Origin: the human T2T-CHM13v2.0 reference genome, Homo sapiens
NCBI RefSeq assembly: GCF_009914755.1
Contig: NC_060939.1
Length of the DNA stretch: 64,000 nucleotides
Reading direction: 5' to 3' (one strand)
Part shown: piece after piece, positions 14,929-36,769 of the stretch
Numbering within the stretch: position 1 is the stretch's first letter
How the letters are laid out: each line of letters starts with the position of its first letter
Notes under the pieces: model-generated
What the model was told of the DNA's origin: nothing
Seen by the model: the letters and a program-made list of their open reading frames with translations, nothing else
Database searches by the model: none
Translations under genes and position numbers: made by a program

Positions 14929-15216
<288 letters not shown>

Positions 15217-16459
15217 TAATTTTTATTTTAAAAATTACCCCCACAGTTGAGGGTGAGGGAGACAGTGCCCTGGGGTAATTACTCATCTTTCATGTGCCTA
15301 GTCCTGGTTACCTCGTAAGTAGGACCGATAACAATACATACCGCATGTTGTTAAAAGAATCAAAGGAGATAATCCATGTGCAGAAAGTACCATTGTGTCC
15401 GACAATACATGCTGAATGAGTAAGCTACTATTAATTTAACTAATTTAAATAACCCCCATGAAGTGAATGGCTACCACATTAGAGCAGAACTAAAATTTTG
15501 CAGTTACTTATTCATTCATTGACTGGTTTATTGTCTGTCTCCTCGACCAGCCCAGAAGATCCATGAAGGCAGGACTGTATCCCGATCGCCACTGTGACAC
15601 CTAGACAGTGCTTGGAGCGCACTCGGGCATCTAAAAATGTTGGTTGAACAAATATATCAACATCAAAAGCAAAATAAACACATTAGTAGGAAAGGAGTGC
15701 ATAAAAGTATGGCTGTCCAAGGCAAACAAAATGCAAACAGGATTGCCAATGTAAATCTCAGCAGAATTCAAGGCTAAACTCTTCAGAAGAAGATTCCCTT
15801 TAAACGAAACACCATATGACCTACAAAAGATCTAAGGTGTGAATCTTTATACACCAAATAACAAAGCACGCAAAGTAAACCCATGGTAGTGGTAAACTTC
15901 AATTTTCTTCTCTTCCAAGCACAGAGAGAAGGCAATAACGAATATATTAATCAATACATTCACACATTCAAGCATCCTAAATAAAACTAATGAAGTCAAA
16001 GTAACAGACGTATCTATCAAACTCTACACCCTACAAACAGTGACCACCCTTACTCAGTGGGAGGCTGCATAGGATGGTGTCTAACACTCTAGAATTCAAA
16101 GTCTTGGACCTAGCTCTGGCCCACCATTGGAGGTGAGGGAGACAGTACCCTGGGATAATTACTCATCTTTCATGAGCCTGGTTTCATGTTGTTCTAAGAA
16201 TCAGGAGATAATCCACATGCAGAAATTACCAATGTGTCCTGACAATTTGTGCTGACTGAGCAAACTACTAGTACTACATTATTATCAATAGTTGACTACA
16301 TTCATGGCATACATTAAAAATGATTTTATATTGGACCACAAAGATAAATTATTAGAATTCCCTAGGGCAGAAATTATAAAGGACTCATTTTGATGTAGCA
16401 AAAGGAAAAAAGTAAAAATAACAAATACAAACCAAAAAACCTAAACACGTGTGGAGTTA

Positions 16460-17030
<571 letters not shown>

Positions 17031-18028
17031 CTATTTTTTTTAGAGTGAGTCTCTAAAAATAATAATAATAAAAAATACATAAAAGAAACAAAAGGAAAAA
17101 TAAAAGGGAAAGGGAAAGAAATAAAGCATCCGTAAATCACAATCGTGTAAGTAACACAGATGCAAACTTATGAGATATTCTCTGTCTTTAATGATTGCAC
17201 ACTGAACACTTGACACTCACTTTTCTGAACCCTCTAGAGTCTCTAAAATACAAGCTCTTTTTATTAAATGATAATTGGAAACAAAAAGGAGGGCTAAAAG
17301 TGGACTAGAAAGTTTGAGAAAATCTCAGATGACATGCACAAATAGAATTAAGACTGACAGAGAATCAACAAAGGAATCCCCTGTCTAAGAACCACAGGTA
17401 GACAGACGTTCCCAAGGAAGCCTCAGGGACTTGGAATAAACAAAGACAAAAAGAAAGAATGAGCCACAGGACAATAATCAGATTAAACAACTGCACAAGG
17501 AAAAATTGTGTCCTTGTACAAGGAACAGCAGAGCCAATCAGGTCCTGTCTCTTTTCCGTCTCCCTTCCCTGGTACACAGAAGAAACCCTGCAGCCCTGGC
17601 CTCCTGGGTAAATGTGGAAAATCATTCCTACAGTGAGCAATCCACCTTGCTCACTGGATGGATGGATGTGGGAAGCAGCAACTGTGGTCCTCCAGATACC
17701 GAAGCGGGGAAGGGAATAAATGAGGAAAGCCAGTTCCACTGCAAAGAAAAACCCACCCTGGCAATTGCAGAGGCCTCCAGCCTGCCTATCTGATCTTCAG
17801 CCAGCTGGAATCCCAAATTAAAGTCAACCAGTCAACAGGCCTCACCTACCCACATACCAGCCCTTTCTTTAAAGGAGAAGCTATTGGAGAAAGAGACTTA
17901 GGCAAGAATAAAGGAAACTCATATTGCCAACTTCTATACCAATCAATTTAATCATTTATTCATAATATAAATGAAGAACCAGAGATCACCAGGCATTTGA
18001 GAAATAAACAGCATTAAAAAGCAGGACC

Positions 18029-18419
<391 letters not shown>

Positions 18420-18744
18420 TCAAAGTCCAGGTTCCAGGCTTATATTATATAATCCTAATGTTTAGCCTTAAATATTAATAACAATATTTAATTCTAAATT
18501 CTGCTCCAAGACGAGGATTTTTATAATCCTAATATTTATCCTCAAATTCAAAAGTATATTATACACCAAATATAGGCAGCTAGGAAAAAGGACCAATCAG
18601 AGAAAAAGAAAATGAACAAAAACTTTCAAATATGATTGTTGAAATTAAAAAATTAACTGGAAATCCTAAATAATAAAATGAGTGGGGATAAATATCAAGT
18701 TTGAGAGCTCAAAGATAAAGTCAAGGAAGAGCAATAAAAGAAGA

Positions 18745-19510
18745 AAGTTTGCATGGACACAAAGAGGGAACAATCGACACGGGGGCCTATTTAGGGTGGA
18801 GGGTGGGAGGAGGGAGAGGATCAGAAAAAATAACAATTGGTCCTTACCAAGCTTAGTGCCTGGGTGACCAAATAATTCATACAACAAACCCCCATAACAT
18901 GAGTTCACCTATATAACAAACCTGCATGTGTACCCCTGAACCTAAAATAAAAGTTTAACAAAGAGACTTTGGCAGTTCTTCAAAAGGTTCAACACAGAGT
19001 TACCATTTTATCCAGCAATCTCACCACTGTAGGAGAAATAAAAACGTATATGTTCACACAAAACCCTGTGGACAAATGTTCAGAGCACCATTATTCATAA
19101 TAGCCAAATGTGGAAACAACCCCAAATGTCCATCAAGACCACATAAGCAAAATGTGGAATAGCCATACAAAGATTATTCAGCTAGAAAAAGAATGAAGTA
19201 CTCACACATTCCACCATACGGAGGAACCTTGAAAACATTATGCTAAATGACAGAAGCTAGACACAAAAGGCCACACACTGTATGATTCCATTTATATGAA
19301 ATATCAAGAATAGCAAATCAGCTGACAAGAAGTAGATTAGTTGTTGCCAGGGGTTGGAGAAGAATGGGTACTGGGTTTCACTGGGTGAGAAAACTGTTCT
19401 GAAATTAGATAGTGGCGATGGTTGAACAGTTTTCAATATACTGACACCTACTGAACTGTACACATTAAAATGGTGAATTTTATGGTATGTGAATTATATC
19501 TCAATAAACA
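18745..19510 (+). mobile_element. Old L1 3' fragments (L1PA/L1M)
   Basis: L1 3' UTR motifs AACAAACCTGCATGTGTACCCCTGAACCTAAAATAAAAG and GAATTATATCTCAATAAA. Confidence 0.8.
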
Positions 19511-19629
19511 AGAGCAAGTGAGAAAGCAAAAGAAAATTTGAAAGAAGAGTCAAGAGACACAAACTCCCACACCCATCCTGTAGGGGTTTCAGGAACAGAA
19601 AAAGGGTGAAATAGAGAGGAAGAAATCTA

Positions 19630-20145
<516 letters not shown>

Positions 20146-20312
20146 GCAAATTAGTAAAATGAAATTCCTAGAGACAATCTAGTAAAATTTACAGGCCTGG
20201 AATAAAAAGAAAAGCTAACTCAAACAAGACCTACAAAATAGGGAGGAAAAAAGAAGGTAAGGTTGACTCCCAAGTCCTACAGAGCTACAGTTAGTAAAGA
20301 GAAGACAGCTCA

Positions 20313-20753
<441 letters not shown>

Positions 20754-20999
20754 TCAACATCACTAGTCACAAAATACAAATCAAACCCATGAGATACTAA
20801 CTTCACACCCATCAGGTGTGAAAACACTAATGTTCATAGCAGCATTGTTCACAATAGCCAAAAGATATAAACAAGCCAGTGCCCAACAACAAATGAAAAG
20901 ATAAACTGTGGTATATTACATACAAAGGGATATTATTCAGCCTTAAAAAGGAATGAAATGCTGACACATGTTAGTTACAACATGGATAAACCTTGCAAA

Positions 21000-21499
21000 T
21001 GAAACCAGCCCAATTGTCCTATAGAACTGATGTTTACAGTCTTTTAAAATAAAGATAGAAATTGACCCTCCCAGTCTTAAAACTTGAGAAAGTTACATTT
21101 GTCTTATCTGAGTTCCTTTCTTGGGAAACCAACCATCAGGCCTCCCAGATAGTTATCAAGGAACTGAAACTTACCAGATCACCACATCTGGACCATAAGA
21201 CACCAGACCACCTCACCCATCACAATTGCCTAACCAACTACCTGCTTCCTGTCGACCAACTCCTCTCCCTCACCCTTCCCTAACTCCTGTTTTCCCATAC
21301 GTGGTTACATTTCTTCCCTGCTAAATAAACCCGTGGTTTTAGTCAGTCGAGGAGACAAATTTGAGATTGATCTCCCATCTCCTTAGCTGCAGCACCCAAT
21401 TGAAGCCTTCTTCCCTAGCAACACTCATCGTCTCCGTGATTGGCTTTCTGCGCTGTGAGCAACAGGACCTAGACCAAACCCCTCGATGTTTCAGTAGCA
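21000..21499 (+). mobile_element. Solo ERV1 LTR (LTR26-like) inserted in an old L1 (20682-21750)
   Basis: TGAAACC...GTAGCA termini, about 500 bp, L1 sequence on both sides. Confidence 0.7.
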
Positions 21500-23036
21500 A
21501 TATGAGGTACTCACCATAAGAAAATTTACCAAGATAGAATAAGTAGAGTATAGGTTACCAGGACTGGGGAAGGGAAAGGAAAGGGGAAGTTATGTTTAAC
21601 GGGTAAAGAGCTTCTGTTCAAGATGACGAAAAAGTTCTGGAAATGAATAGTGGTGATGGTTACACAACAATGGGAATGAACTAAATGTCACTGTACACAT
21701 AAAAATAGCTAAAATGGAACATTTTAAATTATGTGTAATTTACAAGTAACACATTTTAAAGTTACAGTATTACACTATTACTATATATGAATTATACCTC
21801 ATAAAGTTGATTGGCAAGGATAAAAGGATATACAATTTGATAAATACTCAACGTTGGAAGTTCTAACAAAAGACATTTTAAACACATTGACTGGGATTAT
21901 CTATTGATACAATGTTTTTTTAAGAGTATTTCAGCAATTTTTCAGAAGTCACAAAGATATTTACTGCCTTCTACCCATTTGTTCTAGTTCTATGAATCTT
22001 TCCTAAAGGGAAAAAGAAAAAGCGGGCACGAAGATTTAATCTCAAAAATGTTCATCAAAATGTTGTTTACAACATTATAATACTATCCAAAAATAGTAAA
22101 CAAAATGATCAGATATTCACAACATATAAAACGTTTACCTTAAGTATTATGTATTTTATTTTAAAATGTTGATAACATTTAAAATACATAATATATATGT
22201 TATGGGGGAAAACAAACATAAAAAACTATATCATGTGATTCTAATTTTTTATAAGCAAAACAAAACTAAGTATCTACTTCAATAATAATTATCTCCCAGA
22301 CTAAGTTAAGGACCCTTTATCATATGCTATCAAGGTAATATAACCTGAGGTCAGAGAAAACCTCGCTGGAAGTGGCTTTGGATGGAGAAAGAGAATAAAA
22401 GAAGATTCCTACCAGAGAACTTGTCTACCTCAGTATCATTTTATTCAAATTAAAACTGTTTTACAATCAAACCTCAATTTTTAACAGTGGGGGAAAAAAC
22501 AGTATGTGTTAATTTTAGTATCCAAGGGGATACTAGAACCATTCTCCTGGCTGATACAGAGGGATGACTGTTCTCGGAAATGATTTGGAATGTCTGTCTG
22601 AAAATGTCAGCAGGGAGCACCCCATTCAGGTATATAACACGTTTTAAATAAAAGTGTTTAAATACATATTTCATTGATTCATTTTTAATGAGCATACCAT
22701 AAGCCTTCTCAAAGTATTAAATGCTCAACCATTACCTAAAAATCCTACTTTCTATTACCAGATTTTACTTTGCGAGAGTAACATTAGAAGACGTATAATA
22801 AGAATTACCCTTATTATTAAACATTTTCTAAACTCCTATTGTTTCACCCATATTTCACCAGCATAGAAGAATAATTATTATACCACTGCCACAATTCACA
22901 AAATCCTTTCACCTCCGTTTTTTCATGTGCCTGTCCTAACAATCATGAGATAAGCAAGCTTCGTGATAATAACTACAACTTCTACAACCCCAACCCCACT
23001 GTCAATGAAATACCCACTAAGAATCAGGCACTATAC

Positions 23037-23333
<297 letters not shown>

Positions 23334-24231
23334 TCACATATTTACCACATTCAAAGTTGAATAATTACCAAAAATCTATGAAGTAGTTATCCCATCCCAA
23401 TTTTACAGATGAGGAAACTGCGGCTCAGCAATTAAAGTAATTGGCCCAGAAAGCAGATCTTTGATCCACACCCAGGTCTGTCTGAATCCTAAACCTATGC
23501 CATTTCCTTGTCCCACCCACACTCCCCAGGAAACAGAGATTGAGAAAAAGATAATCATTTGGCCAAGTCTTATAGGCAACAGGAACCCAGAGCCTTCTAA
23601 CACTTGATCTACGGTGCTTTCCACCTGGTATGTTGCTTCTATAAAAAGTAAGGACACTTCCTTCCATCGGGAGTTTATAAATCATAATTAATCTCAGATT
23701 ATAAATAACATCATAGGGAAGCTATGTGCTACATAGGGACAGATAAGGGTGCCCAAGGGAAACTTTGAGGAAGTATAACTAAATTAATACACAGGGATCA
23801 GGGTTGAAGTATTTTATAACCAATACTCAAAACAGTAACAGTTAGCCTGGCGCAGTGGCTCACGTCTGTAGTCCTAACACTTTGGGAGTCAGAGATGGGA
23901 GAATCACTTGAGCCCAGGAGTTGGAAACCAGCCTGGGCAACATAGTGAGAGACCTTGTCTCTACGAAAATAAAAAAACAACAACAGTTAATAAAGTTTCC
24001 AGGAGTAGCTTAGATAATCCCAGAATCGTATCTATATTAGGAGAAGGGCTATTTTTAAATATTCTAAAGTTTATAATTGGAATGCCCATAAAAATTGCCT
24101 ATGAGTAGATTCATCATTACATCAGAAAAATTTATGATAATTACTTAGGACTCTGCTTTTGATAAATATGTATGCTGTAACTACTTAATAAAACCATGAG
24201 AAATAATTTTTAAAATGTAAATGTTACTTAC

Positions 24232-24278
24232 ATATCGCAGTTTGCAGCTATCCACAAATGCTGGATTAGCAATTGGAA
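24232..24278 (-). pseudogene. FAM7A exon A (47 nt)
   Basis: ttctag|TTCCAATTG...GCGATAT|gtaagt; FQLLIQHLWIAANCD(I). Confidence 0.92.
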
Positions 24279-24955
24279 CTAGAATAAAAAATGTAAATGT
24301 AAAAAAAGAAAAAATTAAAATATTTAAGTCATGAAACACAGAAAGTGACAGCAAAGTTAAAAACTCAGATCTTTATAAAAAGGAAATTTATACTGTACAC
24401 CAAAAATGATATTTGCTAAATTACAAAGGCACTTGTATATGAATAAGATTAAAATAAAAACTAAGAACAGTACTTTTAGTTTCTCCTACCACTTTATATT
24501 CTCTAAATGACAGCCCTTACCTGATAGACACACGCCAACTATCAAAAAAAGCAATCTTAATACCATCCTGGAAGCAAGTGAACTTACATTTTTTTCAAGC
24601 CAATTCCCAAATGAGGGCCCACTACAGAAAACACCTCCGAACCACTGTAATTCCTTTCTGAGGATGACTCCAAACACTCTGCCAATCGATGCTAAACATG
24701 AGCCAAAAGAAACAAAAAAACTCTGACAAATTCCCATGAGCTTACCAATGGACCAAGATTGTCCAAAAAGTAATATTCCCAGAGGATAGGAAAAAAATGT
24801 CTTAGAGGGTTGATGTCTGCCTTCAATGTCACAGCAGAAACCTTGCAGTTTACCAGATGACCCAGTAAAGGAACCAACACCCACAACCCATTCCACATGG
24901 GCAGTTAATTCCAGTCACTGATGAGAAGGGAAAAGGTCTGTCTTATGATATCACA

Positions 24956-25306
<351 letters not shown>

Positions 25307-25578
25307 TGATTTCACATATTTTTTAAAAATCTTACAAGTTAACATAAAATGGAAACCTGAGTATTACAAACAACAACAACAACAAAAAGTTCAAAATCAC
25401 CGTCTACTCTTATCTACTTTAAGACGTAAGGATTAAGCAGAGGATAATTTGCATAAACCTAAAATCGTGATAAATCAGTTTTTTCATGGTAGTTAAATCA
25501 AATTGCTATTTTAGCACTTGTTTGAGCCTCTATAAAAAACATAAATTTAAATGCATAAGTCATGTCACAGAGGCCTAC

Positions 25579-25760
25579 CAGCGGGGAAAGGAGGAGCCTG
25601 GTGGCCACCTCCTGGTGACCAGCCACCACTCACAAACAGCAAAGGAGATTAAGCTTGGCTCAGGAGGTCCCCGAGCTCTTCTCACTGGAGTCGATCTGCG
25701 AGCACACTTGTTACAAAAAGTCATTCCAATCTTGGTCTTTCAGAAATTATAACTTATCCA
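25579..25760 (-). pseudogene. Dead ULK4 exon (182 nt; acceptor AG mutated to AA, four stops)
   Basis: ggcaa|TGGATAAG...CCGCTG|gtaggc; reads DKL*FLKDQDWNDFL*QVCSQIDSSEKSSGTS*AKLNLLCCL*VVAGHQEVATRLLLSPL, matching the ULK4 segment between exons B and A. Confidence 0.88.
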
Positions 25761-27194
25761 TTGCCAAGGAAAGAAAATAACAAAAGTATGATGATGAGAA
25801 AAACAACTGCTGGAAACATTACATGAGAAATAAACACAGAGTTACGACAGCTAAGATGAGGACAAAGAAAACATTACTCTGTCAACACCAAAAATACTCC
25901 AAAGATGACACTACTTCTATTTGTCCTTTTATATTCCTCATCTCTTTATCTATCCATGGAAACTTTTTAAACACTTCAATGGAAAACTATGCTTTCAAAC
26001 CAAGCAGATGTCTAAAGCAGAATTGTCTCACAACCTAGATTATAACAAAATGCAAAGTTCAATACAACTGGAGTAAAAGACAAAAAAGCCTTTGTATAAA
26101 TAAATCAACTCTCAGATATTGAGAAAAGCACAAACCACACAGTTATTAAAAAGTTCCAATGAAATTACTGTAAAAAAATAACGAGGATAACATGATAGCT
26201 AAAATCACCTGAAATTCCTACCTCCAAATCCCTATAAAAAAAGGGCAAAATCTAGGAAATGTGATACTCCCTAAAATTTTTTGCTAACATGTTTTTGCTG
26301 ATCTCAATCTTTAGACAAAGAAATTGTAAATATAATTTCCTAAGTAACTCAAAGAAGAAAAAGGAAATAGTATTTCCCAATAATAATTCTCTAGGTTTGC
26401 ATAAATAGACCTACTTGGCACTGAAAGCACTATTAATATTTTGCTTCACTTTGGTCTTTCAAAAACGTCCTTCTACACAGGTTTTTTTGGTTGTTTTTAT
26501 CACTAATTAAGTTGACTGATATAAACCCTTAGCTGGTTTATTTAAACCTAAATATATTTTAAATTTACTTCAAATCATAGATTCTACTCTAGCCACAATG
26601 AATAATTTTCCCCAAATTGAGTTTAACAGCTTAAAATATAATTTGTTAAAAAAAAAAAGTTTAAGGTATGTAAAAATTTCTGACTTTCACCGTAAATAAG
26701 ATTTTCATTAGCTCAACAGAAATGTAATAATTATCCCTTAAGTATCTCCACTCCCACACCATCTCCACAGTCATGAACCACCTAGTCCCGTTCTCAAATG
26801 TCCTGGTCCCGCCAATAGAATCCCAATCCTTCCTTGTTGTCCCCAACCCTGTGCACCTACACCTGCCATAAATGGTGGAAATTCAACCAGCTCTATGAAC
26901 GGAAGGGAGGAGGCCCCCCACCCACTCTACAGGAAAACTTGCCCAGATCTACAGGAACCTCCCCACTCACAAGAGGACAGGGCAGCCCAGACTCAGCTGA
27001 GAAATGTCAACAGCTGGCACAAATGAATTACAGATTATTTACAATTCACATAACACTGACCCAAGAATATAACCAATTGTCAAGACAAAATAAATTTAGT
27101 TGTTCACATACAAATATTCCATTTGTGAATAAATTTCATATTCGTATCTGTATACAGACAGTCTACATGTTCGATAACTCCTTTATGATCCTAC

Positions 27195-27258
27195 CTGAAA
27201 ATGCTGGTAGATGCAATATTTTTGCATCAAATTTAACCGATGGTGGTTGTTTCATTAT
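27195..27258 (-). pseudogene. FAM7A exon B (64 nt)
   Basis: cag|ATAATGAAAC...TTTTCAG|gtagga; ULK4 frame IMKQPPSVKFDAKILHLPAFS; alternative-frame ATG at 27227 gives MQKYCIYQHFQ. Confidence 0.92.
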
Positions 27259-28323
27259 CTGTGGTTAAAAAAAAAAAAAAACTTTTGAGGCAATTTTAAA
27301 GATGGATATCTGTCTCCTTATATGTCCCTTATATCAGATAATAAATCAATGAGGACAGAAAAAGAATGTGTAAAATTTGTTACCAAAAACAAAAAGAACG
27401 ATGCCTTTTCAGATTAAAACATACATATATAGATAATAATTTATTTTTTAAAATCATTTCAATTGATATCTGTAATAAAATAAAGCTTCAAAGAAAAAAT
27501 TCACCCCATCCTGGCTTACTTTTTAGGTAATTTACCTCTAATTAGAAATTCAGTCTTTCAACAAATATCTATTGCTTACCTGCCAAGGTAAGGCTCTATG
27601 TCAAGTGCTAAGGGGGATACAAAGATATAAAAGACACAATCCTATTTTCAGCGAGCTGACTTTCTGGTTGGGAAGATGAGACAAACATTTGATAAACAAG
27701 AAAATATTTCACAATTCAAAAGAGGCAGGACATAACTACAGACAAAACCCTGGACAGAAAGAATTTTTTTTGTAAATAGTAGTTTAGAGAATACAGCAAG
27801 CACTTTACTTGATATAGTTGACACCGGGTTTACGGAAGAGGTAGAAGGTGGGTTGAGGTCTTGAAGGATGGCTAGAACTTTATGATTATATCAGAGAAGA
27901 CACCATTCAAGGAAGCCATAATAGCATGAATTGGAAAGTGCATAATTTATTTCAGAAATGTGAAGAAACCATGTAGTTGGATCCATGAGCTTAGGACAGC
28001 CAGATACTGCATCTTGAGACTTTTAATTAAAAATTCAACCATCATTTCTATACCTAACTTCTGCAAAACTTCTATATGTAATATTTTTAAAACCTTTACT
28101 AATTAAGTAACCAGCATTACTGTATTTACTGTAGTATTCTTACTAAAATGCATATTCTCATTCTAATCTCATAATCCAAATTCATAATCTCATTCGAGTC
28201 ATGAGAAACCCTTAGACAAACCTAAATTAAGGGACATTCTTCAAAACACCCAACCAGTTACTCTTCAAAGTGTCAAGGACTTGAGTCATACGTTTTATAA
28301 CATGTATTACAAAAACATACAAA

Positions 28324-28685
<362 letters not shown>

Positions 28686-29206
28686 CTATATGAGACTAAG
28701 GAGGCATAACAACTAACTGTAATGTGGGATCCTGGAACAAAAAAAAAGAGGACATTAGAGGCAACCGGTAAAATTCAAATGCATTTGGTAGTTAACAGCA
28801 CTATTCTCATGTTTTATTTTTCCCTTTTCAGGAAGAATTCGAAAGGAGCAGTCAGGGTATTGCATGCCATCATTACACAGAGATATCAATCAAGTATCAT
28901 GCAACTCCAACTACCACATTCTACTGCCCTCCAAAAGGAGGAACAGGTAAGGATTATCCCGCCTGACTAACACTATACCAATGTTAATTCCCAGGTTTTG
29001 CTAACTATACTATAGACCTATAAGATGTGAACATTAAGAGCAGCTGGGCAAAAGCTATACAGGAGTTCTCAACTATTTTTTAATCTTTTCTCTAAAAGTA
29101 GTTTAGAATTAAAAGTTAAACACAAAAATTTCCACTGATGAAGGCTTCCCATAAACTATCAAATATGGTTATAAGAGGAAAAAACGAAACACAGAATATT
29201 GTGTAA

Positions 29207-29434
29207 AGCAAGCTTGTCCAACCCGCAGCCCGTGGGCTGGATGCGGCCCAAGACAGCTTTGAATATGGCCCAACACAAATTCATAAACTCTCTTAAAACA
29301 TTGTAAGAATTTTTTTGCAATTTTTTTTATTGGTTTTTTAGTTCATCAGCTATTGTTAGTGTATTTTATGTGTTGCCCAAGACAATTCTTCTTCCAGTGT
29401 GGCCCAGGGAAGCCAAAAGACTGGACACCCCTGG
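29207..29434 (-). mobile_element. MER30 (hAT-Charlie MITE)
   Basis: TGTCCAACCCGCAGCCC...GGAAGCCAAAAGACTGGACACCCCTG. Confidence 0.8.
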
Positions 29435-29718
29435 GAAAGATATCACAAATTGTTCTAGAAAGCCCATTTTGAAAATGCGCCAATGCACATCAAACTTAGC
29501 ATAATAAAGTTACACTGCCAGACATATGAACTCACAAAAAGAATTAGCTCCATTATGAAAAACAGCTAAATCATCTATATAAAATGCTGTCTATCTAGAA
29601 AATAAACATGAATCCAAAAACCCTTACATTGTTCTAAACCACACTAATGTTCCCAATGAGACAAGAACAAAACAGTCATGAATTAATACAGAAAAAGATA
29701 TTTAAAAAAGAAAAAGAA

Positions 29719-30052
<334 letters not shown>

Positions 30053-30739
30053 TTAAAATAGAGAATAAGTAGTGGAATGTGAGTATGTTGGGGAGCTGGA
30101 AGTCAAGACAAAACAGAGGGACTTAGAAATGCATCTGTTTTTTAAAGTAAATACTCATTATCCCCCAGCAATAAAGTATTATATTCCAAAAGACAAGAAG
30201 CAAAAAAACTCACAGTGGTTTAGAAGTACATTGTGAACCATGACTCCTCAAGTTCCCATAGTGTCTCCCCACCATCTCCCCTGCAGTATTAACAACCTGT
30301 GACAGGGCAGGGCTTCCGTGTGATCTGCCTGCCCAGCCCAGCCTGGTGAGCAGTGCCCTCTGACTGCTTCTGCCTTCAAAACACATCAGAGACTAGAATA
30401 CTTAGAGTGATTCACATTAGTGCAGATGGAGAAACGATGGGACTGAGAGCTAAGGTCTGAGGTCAAGAGGCTGGCAACCCCTCCGTGGCATGTGGAAGAA
30501 AGCAGTAGTGAGAAGCAGAGCTGACTCATTCAAAACAGAGGGGAGAAAACTTAGAACTCCAGTGAAGCGGAAGTGAAGGCAGAGGAAAGGGTTGCAGACA
30601 GAGCGGGAGCTGGAAATGCAGACATGCAGCACAAATGAAAGAGAAGCGGACAAGAGAAACAGGAAAGATTAGACAGTAAATAATATTCTGAATGAAAATC
30701 TTATGCAGATTTCAGATCTCAGTAAAGTCTACAACTCAC

Positions 30740-30864
30740 TTGTCAGAGTGCTTTCTGCACCTTTGGATTGTCAATAATGGGGGTGACAACAAGATCTGAG
30801 TCGTGTAGATAAGCTCTCTCATCTGGGATTCCAGGTCCTGCTGACTCAGGTGTCCACTTGTAAT
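30740..30864 (-). pseudogene. FAM7A exon C (125 nt)
   Basis: tttcag|ATTACAAGT...CTGACAA|gtgagt; ITSGHLSQQDLESQMRELIYT, then a 1-nt frameshift before DSDLVVTPIIDNPK. Confidence 0.9.
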
Positions 30865-31204
30865 CTGAAATGAGAACAAAAATTTGACTTTGTTTCTGTG
30901 ACTAATATAGAGCTTTAAAACACTGAACTAATATGATGCTGAGGAAGACACCACTGTAAAATATCACCTATATCAATGTACTTCCACTGCTATTCAAGAC
31001 ACTTGCAGTCTCACTTGATTTTCACAAAAATCCTAAACTGTAGGTACCATAATTTCCATTTTACAGATAAAAATATAAAACTCTGAGAAAGTAACTGAAT
31101 TGCTCATGTTACCATTAAAACTGGCTAGGACTACAAAAAAGATCTTTACAATTCAACGTTCTAAACTCTGATGAGGCAAACTGCTTTTTCGATTACCAGC
31201 ATGG

Positions 31205-31714
<510 letters not shown>

Positions 31715-32148
31715 TAACATACAAAAATTTTCAGACTTAAATACAGACCGGTTACCTAAGTGTTAAACCTCAATTATTTATTAAGCCTCATTAGAGATGA
31801 TACATAATAAAATCAATCACCAGACATTCACCATCAGTTATTCCTTTGAGATGGTTCTTTGTGCTCTATTTAAACATAATTTGTATTCCTAGTGCTATGC
31901 CCCAGTATTTCCCATCAGAAAAAAAAAAAGGATTTATGCTTAAGAACCTTAAAAGAAACAATGACTAGCAAACTAAATAAAATAGAAAAGTAAATCAGTG
32001 AAGTAAGGAAGAAGGAAAATAAATTATCCAAAACTAGTGAGGAAGGGTCATAGATAAAGGAACAGAGTTAGCTAAGAAAATTCCTGGAAACCCAAGGTGC
32101 CCCTTGCAACTCAGATGAAAGATATACGAAAACACACAAAGAGGCCGA

Positions 32149-33607
<1,459 letters not shown>

Positions 33608-33779
33608 AGAATAAATTTTTAAATTTACATTGATTTTCTATTTCACATAACCAAAAAATTAGCACAGTCAGATTTTATTATAACCAATTTATACTAAATT
33701 TCAAAGCAGAAATAAGCTTCACAAGGTCCAAATACAGTTCACATTACATCAAAACTACAGTTAAAAACTAAAAGCAATT

Positions 33780-35400
<1,621 letters not shown>

Positions 35401-35588
35401 AGCAGTCCCCAAACTTTTTGGCATCAGGAGCCAGTTTTGCAGAAGACAATTTTTCCACAGACAAGGTTGGGGGAGATGATTTTGGGATGATTCAAGGACA
35501 TTACATTTATTGTGCATTTTATTTCTATTATTATTACATTGTAACATATAATGAAATAATTGTACAACTCACTATAATATAGAATCAG
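35401..35588 (+). mobile_element. MER1A-like DNA transposon, truncated at an Alu
   Basis: GTCCCCAAACTTTTTGGCA...GAAGACAATTTTTCCAC...TAGAATCAG. Confidence 0.75.
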
Positions 35589-35954
<366 letters not shown>

Positions 35955-36093
35955 TTAAAAAGGAAAATAAGATCAATATAAACTAAGAAAAAATTATTAC
36001 AGAACAAAGAGATTCTAGGCAGAAGACAAAAGAGTATCAAAATCACTTCGTAAAGATACTTGTGAATATATTACATGTATAAAACAAAACAGA

Positions 36094-36729
<636 letters not shown>

Positions 36730-36769
36730 AAAAAACCGAAAATCTTAAAGGCCTTTCCCCTTCCCCGCC

